This document shows, one piece after another, positions 20,609 through 30,683 of a DNA stretch of 64,000 nucleotides. Where the stretch lies: positions 7,359-71,358 of the forward strand of contig JAHFFW010000008.1 of the NCBI GenBank assembly GCA_023247725.1, written 5' to 3'. The stretch is from Candidatus Omnitrophota bacterium (GTDB lineage Bacteria; Omnitrophota; Gorgyraeia; Zapsychrales; JAHFFX01). Numbering within the stretch: position 1 is the stretch's first letter; each line of letters begins with the position of its first letter. The notes under the pieces are model-generated. The model was not told the origin of the DNA, did not search any database, and saw only the letters and a program-made list of their open reading frames with translations. The position numbers and the translations under genes were made by a program.

Positions 20609-21874
20609 ATGGATGATATCAAGAAAAAGATCCATCAATATTTTATCGACAAGACGGATTTGCTGGCGGTCAAGGACCGTTTGACCGAGGAGCAATTGCG
20701 CAAATACGTCACCGAAAAGATCGATGAACTCTGCGAAGAACACAACATCCCTTTGCAAGAAATGGAGCGGGCCGCCGTTGTTCGCGAAATCGTAGGGGCC
20801 ATGGTCAGTTATGGTCCCTTACGTCCTTTGCTGGAAGACAAATCCGTGACCGAGATCATGGTCAATGGTCCGCAGCGGATTTATGTCCAGCGTCACGGCA
20901 AGATTGAATTGACGAACATCCAGTTCACGGATCATCACCATCTCATGCATACGATTCAAAAAATTCTGGCGGCTTCGGGTTCGAGCCGGCGGGTGGATGA
21001 ATCTTCTCCTTACGTTGACTTTTCCCTGCGGGATGGTTCCCGGGCGAATGTCATCCTGCCCCCCGTATCCCTGACGGGTCCATGCATTACGATCCGGAAA
21101 TTTTCTACGGATATCGAAAACGTCGATGATCTCATCAATAAGGGAATGCTGGATGAGAAAATGGCCGCTTTACTGATTGGAGGGATCAAGGCCAAACTCA
21201 ATATGGTGTTTTGTGGTGCGACCGGTACCGGCAAAACCACTCTCCTTAATGTCCTGTCGCGTCATATCCCCGCCGTGGAGAGAGTGGTCACGATTGAAGA
21301 CACGGCTGAATTGCGTCTGATGCAGGACCACGTGGTGAGTTTGCAGACCAAGTCCGCCAATATCGAAGGCAAGGGAGTCATTGCGATCCGGGATCTGTTT
21401 CTGAATTCCCTGCGCATGCGGCCGGACCGCATTATCATTGGCGAGATCCGCAGCGAGGAGGCGCTCGATCTCATTCAATCCATTGCTTCCGGTCACAGCG
21501 GTTCCTTGGCCATTGTGCACGCCGATAGCCCGGAAGATTGCTTCAATCGGATGGTGACGATGACGCTCATGACCGGCATTCGCTTGGCCTCCGAGGAGAT
21601 CAAAAAGCAAATCGCCAATGCGATTGATCTGATCATTTATACCGAATTGTATATGGACGGTATCCGGCGGATCACCACTATTACGGATGTGGAGTATGAG
21701 CCGGAAGAAGAGCAAACCTACTTGCGGGATATCTTTCATTTCGAGCAGGAAAAATTGAAGGATGGCCGGATCCAGGGCAAATGGCATTTCAATCCGCGCC
21801 GGCCCACCTTCATGAAAAAATTCGCCAAAAGAAACGTGGAATTGCCGGGATTTTTCGAGGATAAGAAAAGTTAA
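20609..21874 (+). CDS. CpaF/TadA-family type II/IV secretion ATPase (orphan)
   Basis: Walker A GATGTGKTT and VTIEDTAELRL, plus the His box of the VirB11/CpaF family. No other pilus or secretion genes are nearby. Confidence 0.8.
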   Translation: MDDIKKKIHQYFIDKTDLLAVKDRLTEEQLRKYVTEKIDELCEEHNIPLQEMERAAVVREIVGAMVSYGPLRPLLEDKSVTEIMVNGPQRIYVQRHGKIELTNIQFTDHHHLMHTIQKILAASGSSRRVDESSPYVDFSLRDGSRANVILPPVSLTGPCITIRKFSTDIENVDDLINKGMLDEKMAALLIGGIKAKLNMVFCGATGTGKTTLLNVLSRHIPAVERVVTIEDTAELRLMQDHVVSLQTKSANIEGKGVIAIRDLFLNSLRMRPDRIIIGEIRSEEALDLIQSIASGHSGSLAIVHADSPEDCFNRMVTMTLMTGIRLASEEIKKQIANAIDLIIYTELYMDGIRRITTITDVEYEPEEEQTYLRDIFHFEQEKLKDGRIQGKWHFNPRRPTFMKKFAKRNVELPGFFEDKKS

Positions 21875-21878
21875 AACA

Positions 21879-23138
21879 ATGGATTGGTCCAAATATTTTA
21901 TTCCGACCTTGAAAGAAACTCCCGTCGGCACCGAGGCGATCAGCCATCAACTGCTTTTGCGAGGTGGGCTGGTTCATATGCTCACCTCCGGGGTTTACTC
22001 TTATCTTCCTTTGGGGCTTCGGGTCCTCAAACGCATCGAAGCCATTATTCGGGAAGAAATGAACAATGCCGGAGCGCTGGAATTGTTTCTTCCCGTTTTG
22101 CAACCCTTGGACCTGTGGCAAAAAACCGGCCGGGACAAAACCCTCGCCGAGGTGATGATCCGTTTTAAGGACAAACGCAACCGGGACATGTGCCTGGGGC
22201 CGACTCATGAGGAAGTGATTACGGATTTGGTCAAGGCCTTTGTTAAAAGCTATCGGCAACTGCCTTTAAATCTGTATCAAATCCAAACCAAATTCCGCGA
22301 TGAGATTCGGCCTCGATTCGGGGTCGTGCGCGCGTGTGAGTTCATCATGAAGGATGCCTACAGTTTTGACCGTGCCAAAGAAGGTTTAAAGCGAAATTAT
22401 GAACTCATGTACGAGGCCTATCAAAAGATTTTTTCAAGATGCGGCTTGAAAGCTGTTATTATAGAGGCCGATTCCGGCGCTATGGGAGGTGATATTTCCC
22501 ATGAGTTTCTCATTCCTGCTCCGATCGGAGAGGATGAGATCCTTTTGTGCAACCAGTGCGGCGCAGGCCGTTCCGTGGAAGGCGACCCAGCCAGCTTGGC
22601 CTGCAGTGTCTGCCAGGGTGGAAAAATGGAAAAGACGATCGCGATCGAGCTGGGACATATTTTCCAGCTGGGATTAAAATATAGCGATGCCTTGCAGGCC
22701 ACCTTCCTCGATGAGAAAGGCGATCAAAAACCTTTGGTCATGGGCTGTTATGGAATCGGGGTCAGTCGCCTCATCGCCGCCATCGTGGAGGTGCATCACG
22801 ATGCCAAAGGCATCATTTGGCCAGAGCCGGTCGCTCCCTTTGATGTCGAGATCCTGCCTTTAAAAACTGATGATAGTTCGGTCATAAATCTGGCTCGAGA
22901 ATTGGAAAACGAATTGGAAATAAAGGGCTGGGAGGTTTTGATGGATGATCGTGCGGAAAGCGCAGGGGTGAAATTTAATGATGCGGATCTGATTGGTATC
23001 CCCTGGCGCATCGTTCTCGGCAAAAAGACCGTTACCGATCAAACGATTGAAATCAAAAGCCGGCGAAGTGGAGAGACGAGGGTGGTTCCTATTCGAGAAG
23101 CGATTTCGCGCTTGCAGGAATTACTGACGAACGCCTGA
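21879..23138 (+). CDS. proS: Prolyl-tRNA synthetase, minimal bacterial-type, with the INS editing domain replaced by a short CxxC...CxxC knuckle
   Basis: Class II motifs LRGGLVHMLTSGVYSYLPLG and GCYGIGVSRL, and a C-terminal anticodon-binding domain. Only ~40 aa lie between motif 2 and the post-INS segment, containing CNQC...CSVC. Confidence 0.85.
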   Translation: MDWSKYFIPTLKETPVGTEAISHQLLLRGGLVHMLTSGVYSYLPLGLRVLKRIEAIIREEMNNAGALELFLPVLQPLDLWQKTGRDKTLAEVMIRFKDKRNRDMCLGPTHEEVITDLVKAFVKSYRQLPLNLYQIQTKFRDEIRPRFGVVRACEFIMKDAYSFDRAKEGLKRNYELMYEAYQKIFSRCGLKAVIIEADSGAMGGDISHEFLIPAPIGEDEILLCNQCGAGRSVEGDPASLACSVCQGGKMEKTIAIELGHIFQLGLKYSDALQATFLDEKGDQKPLVMGCYGIGVSRLIAAIVEVHHDAKGIIWPEPVAPFDVEILPLKTDDSSVINLARELENELEIKGWEVLMDDRAESAGVKFNDADLIGIPWRIVLGKKTVTDQTIEIKSRRSGETRVVPIREAISRLQELLTNA

Positions 23139-23626
23139 TGAGTGCAATTGAATTCTCCATCCAGGAGAAAGTTCACCAGATCGCGCAACGGTTGTGTCAG
23201 GAAATGAATCTTGAGCTCGTGGATTTGCACCTGCGCCGGCAGGGCCAGCAGACCTCTATTGAAATCCTGGCGGATCAACCGACCGGAGGCATCACCTTAG
23301 CAGAGTGCGCTCAATTGAATCAGTCCATAAATTCCCTCTTGGAGACTGAAAATGTTTTCCATGGACCGTATCTGTTGGAAGTGTCCTCACCGGGTTTGGA
23401 TCGACCGCTCAAGACCAAAAAAGATTTTTTGCGGGTTCTGCACCGTGAGGTAAGAATTTTTTTAGAGGAACCGATCGACGGAAAGTGGGAGTACGCCGGG
23501 CAGATCGATCAGGTCGACGACGAAGGGATCGTCATTGAAAACCAAGAAGGCCGGGTGTCGATTCCTTTGGCGAAGATGAACCGGGCTAAGCAGCACATCA
23601 CACGAGAGAAAGGTCTGTATGGATAG
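23138..23626 (+). CDS. rimP: Ribosome maturation factor RimP
   Basis: LEVSSPGLDRPL motif and the rimP-nusA-infB synteny. Confidence 0.9.
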   Translation: MSAIEFSIQEKVHQIAQRLCQEMNLELVDLHLRRQGQQTSIEILADQPTGGITLAECAQLNQSINSLLETENVFHGPYLLEVSSPGLDRPLKTKKDFLRVLHREVRIFLEEPIDGKWEYAGQIDQVDDEGIVIENQEGRVSIPLAKMNRAKQHITREKGLYG

Positions 23627-24824
23627 CGAACTTTTGGTCATCCTCGAACAACTCGAACGCGATAAGGGCATCAATAAGGATATCTTGATTGAGGCGGTGG
23701 AAATGGCGGTCGCCTCGGCGGCGAAAAAGGTTTGGACCGTGGATAAAGATGAAGAGATCAAGGTTGTCCTTGACCGGAAAACCGGAAAACTGACCACTTA
23801 TGCCGGCGGGCAAGAAATCCGTTCCCATGAGTTTGGCCGGATCGCCGCCCAAACCGCCAAACAGGTTGTCATTCAAAAAATCCGCGAGGCGGAAAAGGAT
23901 GTGGTCTTTACCGAATATCAGGCCCGCGTCGGCCAAATCATTTCTGGCGGGGTTTATCGCTTTGACAAAGGCAACATCATTGTGGACTTGGGTAAGACGG
24001 AGGCCTTTGTCCCCAAATCAGAACAATCGGGCAAGGAAGAATTTCGCCAAGGAGATCGGATCCGGGCTTATGTGTTGGATGTCAAAAGAGAGACGCGGGG
24101 TCCGCAAATCATTTTGTCGCGGGCACACCCCAGTTTTGTCAAAAGGCTTTTCGAATTGGAGGTTCCCGAAATTTTCGAAGGCATCGTTGAGATCAAATCC
24201 ATTGCTCGCGACGCCGGTGAACGAACCAAGATCGCGGTTTATTCGAAAGATGAAAAGGTCGATTGCGTCGGGGCTTGCGTCGGCATGCGTGGTTCCCGGG
24301 TCAAAAACATTGTCTCGGAATTGCATGGCGAAAAAATTGACATTGTCCGTTACTCGAGCGATATGAAAGAATATATTCAAGCGGCGCTTTCACCCGCCGA
24401 GATTTCTCAGATTCAGATCAATGCCAATGATAAAAAAGCCAACATCATTGTGGCCGATGATCAATTGTCATTGGCCATTGGCAAACACGGGCAGAACGTT
24501 CGCCTGGCTAGCCGTTTGCTCGGTTGGGAGTTGAACATCTTCTCCGCCGATCAATGGCAGGCCCAGAAGGAAGATCAACAAAAACAGCGGGCGAAAGAAG
24601 GACTTCTGTTAGAACCCCAACAAGGGCAAGCGCAGGCGACCATTGCGGATCTGAGCGGCGTGGGGGCAAAGCTGCTCGAGAATTTGCAAAATGCCGGTTA
24701 CGATTCGCTGGAGAAGATTGCCCACTCATCCGTGGAAGATCTGACCGCCATCAAAGGGTTGGGGCAAGTCAGGGCGACCAAAATGGTGGAAGAGGCCAAA
24801 AACTTTTTGAAAGAAAATGAATGA
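23619..24824 (+). CDS. nusA: Transcription termination/antitermination factor NusA
   Basis: S1 and KH domains with the C-terminal HhH pair (LSGVGAKLLENLQNAGY). Confidence 0.93.
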   Translation: MDSELLVILEQLERDKGINKDILIEAVEMAVASAAKKVWTVDKDEEIKVVLDRKTGKLTTYAGGQEIRSHEFGRIAAQTAKQVVIQKIREAEKDVVFTEYQARVGQIISGGVYRFDKGNIIVDLGKTEAFVPKSEQSGKEEFRQGDRIRAYVLDVKRETRGPQIILSRAHPSFVKRLFELEVPEIFEGIVEIKSIARDAGERTKIAVYSKDEKVDCVGACVGMRGSRVKNIVSELHGEKIDIVRYSSDMKEYIQAALSPAEISQIQINANDKKANIIVADDQLSLAIGKHGQNVRLASRLLGWELNIFSADQWQAQKEDQQKQRAKEGLLLEPQQGQAQATIADLSGVGAKLLENLQNAGYDSLEKIAHSSVEDLTAIKGLGQVRATKMVEEAKNFLKENE

Positions 24825-27355
24825 ACATGAAAGTATCCGAACTCGCCAAAGAATATAAAGTCACCAGCCAGGTTATTCTCGAGAAGCTCAAATCGCTTAA
24901 GCTCAAGGCCAAAGATGAACATCAGGATTTGAGCTCTGCCGTCGTGAGTGTCCTGCGCAGCGAATTGAAACTGCTGCCCGTTGCGGTCAAGCCCAAGGCG
25001 GTTCCGCCGGTGGATCCTTCGCGCCGTCCCCGATGGGATCAGGTCGAGGTGCGCAAAAAAGTCACCGCAAAGGAAGAACCCCCCATCGAGGCAGAGCCGA
25101 AGAAACTCGTCGGGGCCAAGGCCGACGGCAAAAAATCACCCATCAAACCGGCAGTAAAAGCGAGCGTTAAGCCAAAAGCAGGGGAAGCCGACCTCAAAGA
25201 AATCCCCAAACCATCTGCGCCTAAAAAATTGGCTGAGCCTCCCGCCGTGATACCGGCAAAACCTGCAGCCCAAAAAACGGAAAAGCCTCCGCTGCCAACT
25301 AAACCTGAAGCACCGTTAGCCCCGGCTAAAGACGTGAAGCCTCCGACGCCACCGCCCGCGCCCGCAGCGCAAAAGCCGACCATTCAATTTAGCGACGAAC
25401 CCTTTGTCAGCGTCAAGCCCCTGGCGAAGAGGAAGAAAATAATTCCGGGCCGAGACAGCGGCCGCGATCGGGATTTTCACAAACCGCGCTTTTCCACCGA
25501 TGGTAAGGATACGGCGGCAAAGACCGCCCTCCGGGAACCGGGGGCGCTAGAAATTCCGGGTAAACTCCCCGGAGATGGACTCGCGCTTCCAACAACTTTT
25601 CAGGACCTCGAAGTCAAACTGCCCATTTCTGTCAAGGATCTGGCCTTTCGGCTGCAGCAAAAACCGAGCGTTGTTCTCAAACAGCTTTTGCAAATGGGGC
25701 TTATGGCCAACATCAATCAAAATATTGACGAGGGGGTTGTGCAGAAGCTGGCCCGGGATTTCGGGTTTAATCTGGTGAAGGTCAAAACTCAAGAAGAACA
25801 ATTGGTCGAGCAGCATGATGTGGAAAAAGATGACCCCAGCAAATTGAGACCGCGACCTCCAGTCATCACCTTCATGGGGCATGTGGACCATGGAAAGACG
25901 TCCTTGATGGATCGGATTCGGCAAAGCCGCGTTGCCGACGAGGAACATGGGGGCATCACCCAGCACATTGGTGCCTATTCGGTCAAATTGCCCAAAGGCA
26001 GCATCACGCTTTTGGATACGCCCGGCCATGAGGCCTTTACCTCGATGCGCGCGCGCGGAGCGCACATCACCGATTTGGTGGTTCTGGTTGTTGCCGCCGA
26101 TGAAGGCATCATGCCGCAGACGGAGGAAGCCATTGACCATGCCCGCGCCGCCAAGGTTCCCCTCGTGGTTGCTTTAAATAAAATTGATAAAAAAACTGCC
26201 AACGCAGATCGAGTCAAGAAGCAATTGCAAGAACACGATTTGACCCCGGAGGAATGGGGTGGAAAGACAATTTGCGTCGGGGTTTCCGCACAGACCGGCG
26301 AGGGGGTTAATCAATTATTGGAGATGATCCTTTTGGAAGCGGAATTGTTGGAGTTGAAGGCCAATGCAGAAAAACCGGCTTCGGGAATTGTCGTCGAGGC
26401 GCATTTGAGCCAGGGCAAGGGGGCGCTTGCCACGTTGATCGTTCAAAATGGGATGTTGAAAGAAGGCGACATCCTGGTCGTCGGCCCTTACTACTGCCGG
26501 GTGAAGGCGATGTATGATGACCACGAACGTCCGATCACGCAGGCCGGTCCTTCGACGCCCGTTGAAATCTTGGGATTGCCCAGTGTTCCCGATGCCGGGG
26601 AACTTTTTTATGTCATGGAAGACGAACGCACCGCTCGAGACATTGCCTACCGTCGTCGCGATCAGCGCAAAGAGCAGCGGATGTCTTTGACTTCCAAAAT
26701 CACCTTGGAAGATCTTTATTCAAAAGTTCAGCAGGGAACGATCAAAGAACTCAACGTCGTCATCAAGGCGGATGTCCAAGGATCACTCGAGGCCTTGATT
26801 GATTCCTTAAAAAAGATTCCCAGCGATCAGGTGCAGCTCAATGTCATTCATTCCGGGGTCGGAGATATCAATGCCTCCGATTGCATCCTTGCCTGCGCCT
26901 CGAGCGCCATCATCATCGGTTTCCATGTCGAGGTGGATCCCCGCGCCAAGGAGGAGTTGGAACGCAATCCCGTCGACGTGCGCACCTACCGGATCATTTA
27001 CGATGCGGTCAATGATATCAAAAATGCCTTGGAAGGCTTGCTCGAACCCAAGACCCGTAAAAAGTTTCTGGCGCGCGTCGAGGTGCGGCAGGTCTTTAAA
27101 CTCAGCAAGTCCGGCACGATCGCCGGTTGCTTTGTCCAGAAAGGCAAGGTTGCGCGCAAGGCCAATGCGGATTTGATCCGTAACGAGGAGGTGGTTTTTT
27201 CTGGAACGATTGGATCGCTCAAACGCTTTAAGGACGATGTTCGCGAAGTGGCCGAGGGCATGGAGTGCGGGATTGGGCTAAGCGGATTTACCGATTACCA
27301 GGCCGGCGATACGATTGAGGCCTACGAGTTGGAAAAAATTGCCAGGAAACTCTAA
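24821..27355 (+). CDS. infB: Translation initiation factor IF-2
   Basis: Pro/Ala/Lys-rich N-terminus, G domain (VITFMGHVDHGKTSLMD, DTPGHEAF, NKID) and the C-terminal beta-barrels. Confidence 0.95.
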   Translation: MNMKVSELAKEYKVTSQVILEKLKSLKLKAKDEHQDLSSAVVSVLRSELKLLPVAVKPKAVPPVDPSRRPRWDQVEVRKKVTAKEEPPIEAEPKKLVGAKADGKKSPIKPAVKASVKPKAGEADLKEIPKPSAPKKLAEPPAVIPAKPAAQKTEKPPLPTKPEAPLAPAKDVKPPTPPPAPAAQKPTIQFSDEPFVSVKPLAKRKKIIPGRDSGRDRDFHKPRFSTDGKDTAAKTALREPGALEIPGKLPGDGLALPTTFQDLEVKLPISVKDLAFRLQQKPSVVLKQLLQMGLMANINQNIDEGVVQKLARDFGFNLVKVKTQEEQLVEQHDVEKDDPSKLRPRPPVITFMGHVDHGKTSLMDRIRQSRVADEEHGGITQHIGAYSVKLPKGSITLLDTPGHEAFTSMRARGAHITDLVVLVVAADEGIMPQTEEAIDHARAAKVPLVVALNKIDKKTANADRVKKQLQEHDLTPEEWGGKTICVGVSAQTGEGVNQLLEMILLEAELLELKANAEKPASGIVVEAHLSQGKGALATLIVQNGMLKEGDILVVGPYYCRVKAMYDDHERPITQAGPSTPVEILGLPSVPDAGELFYVMEDERTARDIAYRRRDQRKEQRMSLTSKITLEDLYSKVQQGTIKELNVVIKADVQGSLEALIDSLKKIPSDQVQLNVIHSGVGDINASDCILACASSAIIIGFHVEVDPRAKEELERNPVDVRTYRIIYDAVNDIKNALEGLLEPKTRKKFLARVEVRQVFKLSKSGTIAGCFVQKGKVARKANADLIRNEEVVFSGTIGSLKRFKDDVREVAEGMECGIGLSGFTDYQAGDTIEAYELEKIARKL

Positions 27356-27356
27356 G

Positions 27357-28361
27357 ATGAAGAAAACCGTCTTTAGCGGCATGCGTCCGACGGGAAAATT
27401 GCATTTGGGGCACCTGGTGGGGGCGCTGGAGGGCTGGGTCAAATTGCAAAAAGAGTACCACTGTTTATTCGGCATCGTGGACTGGCACGCCCTCATGGGA
27501 GAATATGAGGACAGCGGCCGAATTCCAGAATATATTAAGGAGATGGCTTTAGATTGGTTGGCCTGCGGGATTGATCCGGAGCAATCGATTGTTTTCATCC
27601 AATCCCGGGTTCCTGAGCACCTCGAGCTTTTCATGTTCCTGGCGTGTTTGACGCCGCTGGGTTGGCTGGAACGCAATCCCACTTATAAAGAACAATTGCG
27701 CGAGATTGCCACCCGCGATCTGCAGACCTACGCCTTTTTAGGATACCCCGTTTTGCAGGCGGCCGATATCCTTTTGTACAAAGCGCAGGCCGTTCCCATC
27801 GGAGAGGATCAGCTTCCTCATATTGAATTGACCCGGGAAATCGGTCGGCGTTTTAATTTTTTTTACCAGGCTGACATTTTTCCCGATTGTGAAGCGATCT
27901 TAACCAAGACTCCCCGGCTTTTGGGAATCGATAACCGCAAGATGAGTAAAAGCTACCATAACGCCATCAATCTGTCTGATTCCGAACATGAGATCCGCCG
28001 GAAAGTCCAAGGCATGTTCACGGATCCTCGTCGGATCAAATTGACCGATCCCGGCCATCCGCAGGAGTGCAATGTCTACAACTATTATCAAGTCTTTGCG
28101 CCGGGACAGACCACCCGAGAAGTTTACGAATGGTGTTCCGGGGCGAAAAAGGGCTGCACCGAATGCAAACTATTCTTAGCGGAAAAAATTTTGCTGCACC
28201 TGGCGCCCATCCGCGCCAAACGGGCTGAGCTCGAAGCTCATAAAGAGAAGGTGGAAGAGATTTTACAGGAAGGGGCAAAAAAAGCCAAAGCGATCGCCCG
28301 GCAAACCATCGCCGAGGTCAAAGACGCCGTGTTTCATAAGAAGGTCCAGGCCTTGACATGA
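27357..28361 (+). CDS. trpS: Tryptophanyl-tRNA synthetase
   Basis: Class I HIGH motif (GKLHLGHL) and KMSKS. The size and pattern are TrpS-like. Confidence 0.9.
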   Translation: MKKTVFSGMRPTGKLHLGHLVGALEGWVKLQKEYHCLFGIVDWHALMGEYEDSGRIPEYIKEMALDWLACGIDPEQSIVFIQSRVPEHLELFMFLACLTPLGWLERNPTYKEQLREIATRDLQTYAFLGYPVLQAADILLYKAQAVPIGEDQLPHIELTREIGRRFNFFYQADIFPDCEAILTKTPRLLGIDNRKMSKSYHNAINLSDSEHEIRRKVQGMFTDPRRIKLTDPGHPQECNVYNYYQVFAPGQTTREVYEWCSGAKKGCTECKLFLAEKILLHLAPIRAKRAELEAHKEKVEEILQEGAKKAKAIARQTIAEVKDAVFHKKVQALT

Positions 28362-29110
28362 CGGATAAAGCCATGAGCTACAAACTCAAATTGGAAATTT
28401 TCGAAGGCCCGCTGGATCTGCTTTTGTATCTCATTAAAAAAGATGAGATTGATATCTATGACATTCCCATCGCGCAGGTGACCGAGCAGTATTTGGAATA
28501 CATCGAGATGATGAAACTGTTGAATCTCGACGTGATCGGCGACTTTCTGGTCATGGCCGCGACCCTCATGCACATCAAGTCCAAAATGCTTCTGCCGCCG
28601 GATCCGGCCGAGGTGGTTCCCGAGGAAGAAGATCCGCGCGATGAACTGGTCCGCCGGCTCCTCGAGTACAAACGATTCAAGGAGGTCGCCGAGGAACTGA
28701 AGGGCAGAGAATCGTTTCGGCAGGACTTATTCACCCGGATGGTGGATGAAGCCCGAATGAAAGAAATCAAAAATGACGCCAAGGAAGTTTATTTTGAGGC
28801 AAGCCTTTTTGATTTGATCAATGCCTTCACCAAGGCCTTGCGCAAGGTTGCGGAAAAACCCGTCTATGCCCTGACCAAGGAAGAATATACGGTGGAAATG
28901 AAAATCCATAACATCTTGCATGTCCTCATGGATCAAGCCAGCGTCCTTCTTTCGGAGCTCTTCGGCCAGTGCAAAAGCAAAATGGAAATCATTGTCACGT
29001 TCATGGCGATCCTGGAGCTCATCCGTTTAAAAGAAATTGTGATTTTGCAGAAGCAGCTTTTCGGCGAGATTGAGCTGCAACGCAATAAGGAAAATGCCCA
29101 GCCGGCTTAA
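28358..29110 (+). CDS. scpA: Segregation and condensation protein A
   Basis: LEIFEGPLDLLLYLIKKDEIDIYDIPIAQVTEQYLEYI is the canonical ScpA N-terminus. Confidence 0.9.
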   Translation: MTDKAMSYKLKLEIFEGPLDLLLYLIKKDEIDIYDIPIAQVTEQYLEYIEMMKLLNLDVIGDFLVMAATLMHIKSKMLLPPDPAEVVPEEEDPRDELVRRLLEYKRFKEVAEELKGRESFRQDLFTRMVDEARMKEIKNDAKEVYFEASLFDLINAFTKALRKVAEKPVYALTKEEYTVEMKIHNILHVLMDQASVLLSELFGQCKSKMEIIVTFMAILELIRLKEIVILQKQLFGEIELQRNKENAQPA

Positions 29111-29145
29111 GGTCGGCGAAAAATTTATTCTGCTACGCCCCGCCG

Positions 29146-29170
29146 CGGGCGGGGTTTCGGTCTTCTTCGC
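29146..29170 (+). terminator. Candidate intrinsic terminator after scpA (CCCCGCC-gcg-GGCGGGG then TTTCGGTCTTCTTCG)
   Basis: 7-bp GC stem followed by a T-rich tail. Confidence 0.45.
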
Positions 29171-29216
29171 CCCAATGTTTTCACGCCGGCCTGCCGGCAT
29201 TTGAGCAAAGAAGAAT

Positions 29217-29290
29217 GCGGCAATATTCTTGAGTAGGATAATTGCTCCGAAGCAAACGAACCAGTCCTATCCTTTTGCGAAGGAGAATAG
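29217..29290 (+). promoter_or_regulatory. Conserved ~75-nt promoter/leader element, copy 2, immediately upstream of the ruvB ATG
   Basis: About 87 % identical to 15472-15546. Contains a TTGAGC-17-TATTCT promoter-like pair and the TTGCTccgaAGCAA palindrome, and ends in GAAGGAGAATAGactcATG. Confidence 0.6.
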
Positions 29291-29294
29291 ACTC

Positions 29295-30323
29295 ATGCTC
29301 GAAGAAACCAAGCGCCTGTTGATCCATCAAGAAACCGAAGAAGATCAAGTGGTGAGCCTGTCATTACGGCCGGCAAAGCTCACGGATTTTATTGGTCAGA
29401 AAGAATTGGTGGAGAATCTGCGCGTCTCCATCAAGGCTGCCCTCAAACGCGGGGAGCCGATCGAACATATCCTCTTTTCCGGTCCGCCGGGTTTGGGCAA
29501 AACTTCTCTGGCGAATATCGTTGCCCATGAGATGGGCGCCCGGATCACGATCACCTCGGGACCGGCGATTTCGCGGGCCGGGGATCTCATCGGAATTTTG
29601 ACCAACCTGGAAAAAGGCGATGTGCTTTTTATCGACGAGATCCATCGGCTTTCGAAGACCGTGGAGGAATTCCTTTATCCGGCCATGGAAAATTTTCAAA
29701 TTGATTTTATTGTGGATAAGGGCCCCTACGCCAAGACGATCAAATTCAACTTGAAGCCCTTCACCCTCATCGGGGCCACGACCCGCAGCGGTCTTTTGGC
29801 ATCGCCCTTGCGCGATCGTTTCGGTATCTTCCACCATTTGGATTTTTACAACGAGGAAGAATTAAGTCAGATTGTTTTAAATTCTGCGGTTAAGTTGAAT
29901 GTCGTTATTGACCAGACCGCGGCGCTGGAGATTTCCCGACGCTCCCGCGGCACTCCCCGCATCGCCAATCGATTGCTGCGCCGCGTGCGTGACTACGCTC
30001 AGGTGAAGGCACAAAAAAATGAAATCACGAACACCCTGGTCACACAGGCCATGCAGACGCTCGGCGTCGATACCGCCGGATTGGATGAAACCGATCGGCG
30101 TTTTATCCGCGTGATCAAAGAGCATTATCAAGGAGGCCCGGTTGGGGTCGAAACCCTGGCGGCGACCCTTAATGAAGAGATCGACACGATCGTCGATGTC
30201 ATCGAGCCATTTTTGTTGAAGATTGGTTTTTTAAGACGCACGGCCCGCGGCCGTGAATTGACCGAATCTTCTTTATCGCATTTGGTCGAACAGCCGTCCT
30301 TCCCGAAAAACCGCTCCTTCTAA
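29295..30323 (+). CDS. ruvB: Holliday junction branch-migration ATPase RuvB
   Basis: LRPAKLTDFIGQ...HILFSGPPGLGKTSLANI Walker A and LFIDEIHRL. Start at the internal ATG 29295, preceded by an SD. Confidence 0.95.
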   Translation: MLEETKRLLIHQETEEDQVVSLSLRPAKLTDFIGQKELVENLRVSIKAALKRGEPIEHILFSGPPGLGKTSLANIVAHEMGARITITSGPAISRAGDLIGILTNLEKGDVLFIDEIHRLSKTVEEFLYPAMENFQIDFIVDKGPYAKTIKFNLKPFTLIGATTRSGLLASPLRDRFGIFHHLDFYNEEELSQIVLNSAVKLNVVIDQTAALEISRRSRGTPRIANRLLRRVRDYAQVKAQKNEITNTLVTQAMQTLGVDTAGLDETDRRFIRVIKEHYQGGPVGVETLAATLNEEIDTIVDVIEPFLLKIGFLRRTARGRELTESSLSHLVEQPSFPKNRSF

Positions 30324-30393
30324 TCATTCCGGCCCATTGATCTTTAAGAATCCTTCGTTCACAATTTAACGCCGACAAGAAAAGGATTGTTGG

Positions 30394-30609
30394 ATGTCAG
30401 AGATGGCCAAGGTTTTAATTGTGATGGGAGGATTTTTAATCCTCGCCGGAATGATCCTCCTGGTGTTGGGCAAGTTTCCCGGCATCGGGCGGCTTCCCGG
30501 CGATATTTTGATCAAAAAAGAAAATTTCACCTTTTATTTTCCTCTGGCCACGTGTCTGCTTTTGAGTTTGATCATGAGCTTGATCATGATTTTTTTTCGG
30601 CGGCGATAA
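30394..30609 (+). CDS. DUF2905-family small membrane protein
   Basis: 71 aa with two TM segments and an LPGDI motif. Confidence 0.6.
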   Translation: MSEMAKVLIVMGGFLILAGMILLVLGKFPGIGRLPGDILIKKENFTFYFPLATCLLLSLIMSLIMIFFRRR

Positions 30610-30683
30610 AGTTTTTCTGACCGGTCTGCCTTTTGAGCACCGATGGTGACATTGATTGTGGTAGCGCTACTCATCATTTTCCT

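Noticed and set aside
21170-21931. 253-aa minus-strand ORF (and many other minus-strand ORFs of 60-200 aa, e.g. 320-913, 9739-10329, 11908-12504, 51055-51654, 51954-52562)
   Set aside because: Each lies entirely within a well-supported + strand gene (here cpaF). They have no recognisable motifs and are typical shadow ORFs of GC-moderate coding DNA.
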